Shown in pieces: positions 59,614 to 64,000 of a stretch of 64,000 nucleotides of DNA (position 1 is the stretch's first letter; each line of letters begins with the position of its first letter). The notes under the pieces are model-generated. The model saw only the letters and a program-made list of their open reading frames with translations. It was not told where the DNA came from and made no database searches. Both the position numbers and the translations under genes were made by a program. This stretch comes from Geosiphon pyriformis uo1. Lineage: Eukaryota > Fungi > Glomeromycota. The DNA is taken from assembly GCA_016748015.1 (NCBI GenBank), contig JAAOMT010000295.1, forward strand, positions 868,001 to 932,000, written 5' to 3'.

Positions 59614-60996
59614 TTAATTTGATGTGTTTGGTTCAATGATTATAATTGGTTCTAGATCTCATAGAATCTCATTTGGTTGGACTAGTATTTGTTGTACTCT
59701 TAGTTGTAGAATATTATTGATGGATGATGATACTATATGGTAATATGGTTTTAGTTAATCATCATATGCTGTTTTGGCTAAAATTTTGTTGTCCCATCTT
59801 AATTTATAAGCTTTATTTCCTAGAATTTCTTCTATGTGAAATGGTCTGTTCTATTTAGAGTTGAATTTTTTACTTCATTGTTTTTTTGCTTTAGTATAAT
59901 GCAAAAGTACTTTGTCTCCAATCTTGAATTCAATTAGTTTATCCAGTAGTTGGTTATTGTGTCTTTTTTTTTGTTTTTCTTGTGACTTTTGAATATTATC
60001 AGCTGTTCTTTGCCATTTGTTTTCTAGTATTTCCATTAAGTTATATGTTCTTCTTAACAATGTTTTTTAGAAATTGTCTTCTGTTATTGGTTCAGTTGGA
60101 TACATGCTGACTTTTATCTCTACTGGCACTGTTATTGTTCTACTGTATACTAATTTAAATGGTGTTGCTTGTGTAGTGTTTTGCTTCATTGTTCAATAAG
60201 CAAATAATACTAATGGTATAAACAAATCTCATTTGTCTCAATTTTTTTGGCTGATTTTGGCAATTGCTTTACACAATATATTATTAAATCTTTTGATTAA
60301 GCCATTGGTTTGTGGATAATATGGTGATAATAATGGTCTTTTTATTCCAATTCTTTGACTTAATTTTGCTAATGTTCTATTCACAAAATAAGTTCTTTGG
60401 TCAGATAGTAATTCTTTTGAATATTTGTGTCGACAAATCAAATCTTGATAAATAAATTTGGCAACAGATTCTGCATTTGCTTTTTGAATGGCTTTTGCTT
60501 CTGGCCATTTAGTAAGATAATTCATGACTACTGCTATATATCTGTTTCTTCTGCTAGTTATTGTTAATAGTCTGACTAAGTCAATTCCAATGTGATCAAA
60601 TGGCTGTTCTATTTTGATTGGTTTTAGTAGTTCACTTGGTTTTGTTCCTTCTTTTCCCTAACATGCATCATAATTTTGAACATATTGAATGATGTCTGAA
60701 TACATTGATGGCCAATAGTATTTTTTTTTGGTTTTTTCTATGATTGCTTCTTTGTAAAAATATTCTGCTGTTGAATCAGAGTACATGTTAAATAATATTG
60801 TTTCTTTTTCTGGTTTTGTGATTACTTTGGTTAGTTAATCTGAATTCTTTCTGTTTTTCTAATAAAGTATATATTGGTAAATAATAAAATATTTGGACTG
60901 TTGTTTGATATGGTTTCGTTTCTTTTGAGGTAATTTCTTCTTAAACTATTGAATATTTATAAAATATTGAAGTTGTTAATATTTTTGTGTATTTAT
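59614..60996 (-). pseudogene. C integrase, decayed
   Basis: Motifs YLTKWPEAKAI, SPYYPQTNGLI and FKIGDKVLLH; C-terminal EPIIIIEPNTSN*. Confidence 0.82.
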
Positions 60997-61026
60997 TTTT
61001 TGTTATATTTTTGGATTGAAATGTTC

Positions 61027-64000
61027 TTAGATTTGTTTTATCTGTGACAAACTATTGGCATTTCCGTTTTCTTTTTCCTTTTTGTAATGTACTGTATAAT
61101 TAAATGGTAAAAGTTTTATTTTCCATCTAGCATGGTAATCATCTCCAAATTTTTGTTTCTGAATTGAAGTTAATCTTTTATGGTCAGTGTATATGTCAAA
61201 TTTTTGGCTTAAATATTTTTTCTATTTTATAACTGCTCAATAGATTGCTAAGTGTTCTAGTGCTAAAGTTCTATAGTTTTTTTTCAGCTGGACTTAAGCT
61301 GTAATTAGCATATATTATTGGGTGTTCTCTTCCATTTGGTCTTTTCTAAGATAGTACAGCTTTTAATACTTGACCTGATGCATTAGTTGTGATTATGAAT
61401 GACTTGCTATAATCTGGATAGATTAGTACTAGAACTTGAATAAGCTTTCTTCTTAATGTATCAAAAGCTTTTTGCTGGTTTTCTGTCTATTCATATTTGG
61501 TGTTCTTTGTTTAGAGCTGGTGTAATGGCTGAGCCAGTTTGGAAAAAATTTTAATAAAGTGGCAGTAGTAATCCACAAATTCCAAAAATGCTTATAGTTT
61601 AGTTAAGTTGGTAGGTACTGGAAAGTTTTTAACTATCTTAATTTTGTTTGGATTTGTTTTGATACTGTCTTTGCTCATAATATGTTCCAAAAACTTCAAC
61701 TCTGTTTTTTCGAAGAAACATTTGTTGGTATTTAACTTTAGCTCTGCTCTTTTTAACTTTTCAAATACTTGCTGTAGATTATAAAGATAATCATCAAATA
61801 TTTTTGAGAACACATTGGTATTATCTAAATATATAACTACTGATTTTTATAGTATTTTGGTATAGACAATTTCTATGAGTCATTGGAATGTTGCTGGAGC
61901 ATTCATTAAGCCAAATGGCATTACTTTAAACTCAAAATTTCTCTCTCTTGTTGTGAATACAGTTTTCTTTTTATTAGCTGAATTCATAGCAACTTGCTAA
62001 TAACTGCTATTTAAGTCTAGCATTAAGAACCATTTCTTTTCTTCAAATACATTGAAAAGTTCTTAGATCTTTGAAGTTGGATAGCTATTTCTCTTAATTA
62101 CTCCATTAAGTTTTCGGTAATCCATGCAAAACCAAATTTTCTCATTCTTTTTTCAAACTAATACAACTGGTAAAGATCATAAACTCATAAATAGTTGAAT
62201 TAACTCATTGTCTAACATCTGATTGATTTTTTGTTGAATGATTTTATGGCTTTCTGGTGGTACTTGGTATGTTCTTTGCTTAATTGGTATTGTATCTCCA
62301 GTTTTAATCTAATGTTAGATAATGTCAATTCTGCCAAATTCATTTTTACTGGTAAAGATCTTAGTAAAGTTGTTAGGTAACATTTTTAGTTGCATTCATT
62401 GTAACAGATCTAGGTTTCTTAAATTTATTTGTTCTAATTGTTCTGGTTGGAGCAAATAACATTCTTTCTATCCATATATTGTTTGTAATATGATGTCTAC
62501 CTATCTACAAAGTTGTGAAAAATCTGGAATGATGCTTGGTAATTAGTAATTGGTTATTAATTTTAGTACTTAAATATCTGATTGTAATTCTTTTTGGTAT
62601 CTCAAGAACATCTCCTGTTGTATTGTAGATGAAAATTTTGATGTGTTTAGGGCTTTTGGCTGGTATGTAAAGATTGGTAAGTCTAATTTTTTCTGATTCA
62701 CAAATTGTAATTTCTGCTTTAAACATTTGAGTTTGATTCTTTACTTTTCTTTCTATGGCTAATATGTACTGGCTATATGGTAGAATAAAAATTAATTGAT
62801 GGGTAGAGATAATTTCTTCCTTGTCAATAACCTCTTTCTCTGTTATATTTACTGATACATCTAATTTTTTTATGGATTCAAATCTATTAATCTCTCTGGC
62901 TGTAATTTTTAATTTTTCTCTGTTTTCCACTAATACTAATTGAGCTATTTTAACCAGAGACAGGAATATTGTCTATGCTATCTTTTCATTTGGCTTTATG
63001 ATATAGGCTTTTTCTGAGTCATTTTGTAGTATTGCAATAATATTTCCTACATATTGTGTGTCAATTATTTCTTCTCTAATATTAATTTTTTTTTGCTAAA
63101 CTACTCCTAGATGCTAACTGAACCATTGTTGTAGCTGAGATTTTCAGTGCTACTTTAAGATCAATACAGGTGCATAAATGTAGTGCCAATTTAATGTCAT
63201 TCTTTTCTAAATATTTCAGATCAAATTCTGCATCAGTATCATGCACATGTTCCAGCATAATATCTTTGTTATTTTCATTAAACCATTTGAGTTTTTGCTT
63301 TTTGAAAAGATTAGGGAGCACTATGTATTGGTCTGGGTTTGAATTAGAGTTTAAATTATTGTTGTTAGTTGTAATTGTCATTGTCAGAGTTTGAATTGGG
63401 ATTGAATGTTGATTCTGATTCTGATACACAGCTGCTAATTGGTTCTTCTTCTTCTGGAATTGTGTAGATTATGCATGGTAGTCAATTGTAAATAAGATCA
63501 CACTTATTACAATATTGAAAGTTACATAAAATCAAACAGTAGTTACATAGTCAAGTATTTAGCTGTTCTAACTATTGTTCTTGTTCTTTCCTTGTTTGTG
63601 CCAAGCACTAGTAGTGCTCATAAAATTCTTCTGAATTGTTCTTAACATTGTCAAAAATATCAAAAGTTGGGATGTATTTGGGTTTAGAAAAGAATAATGA
63701 ATTATTTTTAATTTCCAGTAATTCACAGAGAATAGCATCTTCTACTTTTGCACTTGCCATTCTCCAGATCTTATGTTTGTTATGGAGATATCTTTCTAAT
63801 TATTGCAACATTCTTTTCCATGCATTATTAATTAGAGTTTTTTTTTATATCCAGTCATTTATTAAGATAGTATATTGGCACATTTTGTTGTATGTTTCTT
63901 CATGCCAGAAATGTTATTTTATATTTCTTTATTAGATGAAACAAGGTTTATTATCTTATTTTTTTTGTCTTCTTGGTTATTTAAATTATTTTAGAACACA
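61027..64000 (-). pseudogene. C Pol: Cys-rich region, dUTPase, RT, RNase H, decayed; continues beyond window
   Basis: LCNYCLILCNFQYCNKC (~63500-63550), dUTPase ~62870-63250, RT remnant 61592-61813. Ends LSQIKQI* at 61027-61029. Confidence 0.8.

Larger units (their letters stand above)
30739..64000 (-). mobile_element. C: older dUTPase-bearing gypsy-like element (3' LTR 30739-31489; internal region 58912->64000), split by B2
   Basis: The minus strand shows a Cys-rich region, dUTPase (DAEFDLK, LASRSSLA), RT, RNase H, IN and ORF3. Removing B2 joins the PPT-like aaaagaagaaaataa to the LTR start tattac, and the LTR ends TAACA at 30739. Confidence 0.8.

Overview
Eukaryotic, AT-rich fungal DNA. The intron style and repeat families look like Glomeromycota (Geosiphon-like); that is recall, not a search result. 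There is one intact host gene, a 10-exon Nha1/Sod2-type Na+/H+ antiporter (2816-5216). The rest is mostly decayed retroelements. (i) A full-length APE-RT-RNase H LINE (L1) and two truncated relatives (L2, L3). (ii) Three copies of an ORF1-only, non-autonomous LINE derivative (H1-H3) that shares the LINE 3' UTR. (iii) A >40 kb nest of Ty3/gypsy-like LTR retrotransposons of three families (A, B, C) plus a ghost copy (D). The nest resolves largely by 4-bp target-site duplications (TSDs): LINE L3 > C > B2 > A1 > A2, and L3 > solo LTR-A > B1. The most unusual feature is the LTR element architecture. In all five copies, Pol stops exactly four codons after the RNase H 'LSR' motif. Integrase is then a separate ORF with its own start, followed by a third non-Env ORF that runs to or through the polypurine tract (PPT). 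Family A adds a dUTPase, a Cys-rich insert, a duplicated covarying RNA hairpin module in the LTR and a probable GUG start. Family B uses a UUUAAAC -1 frameshift. All repeats carry heavy C>T/G>A damage, while the host gene keeps its CpGs. Coordinates were read by eye, and element ends without TSD support are approximate.
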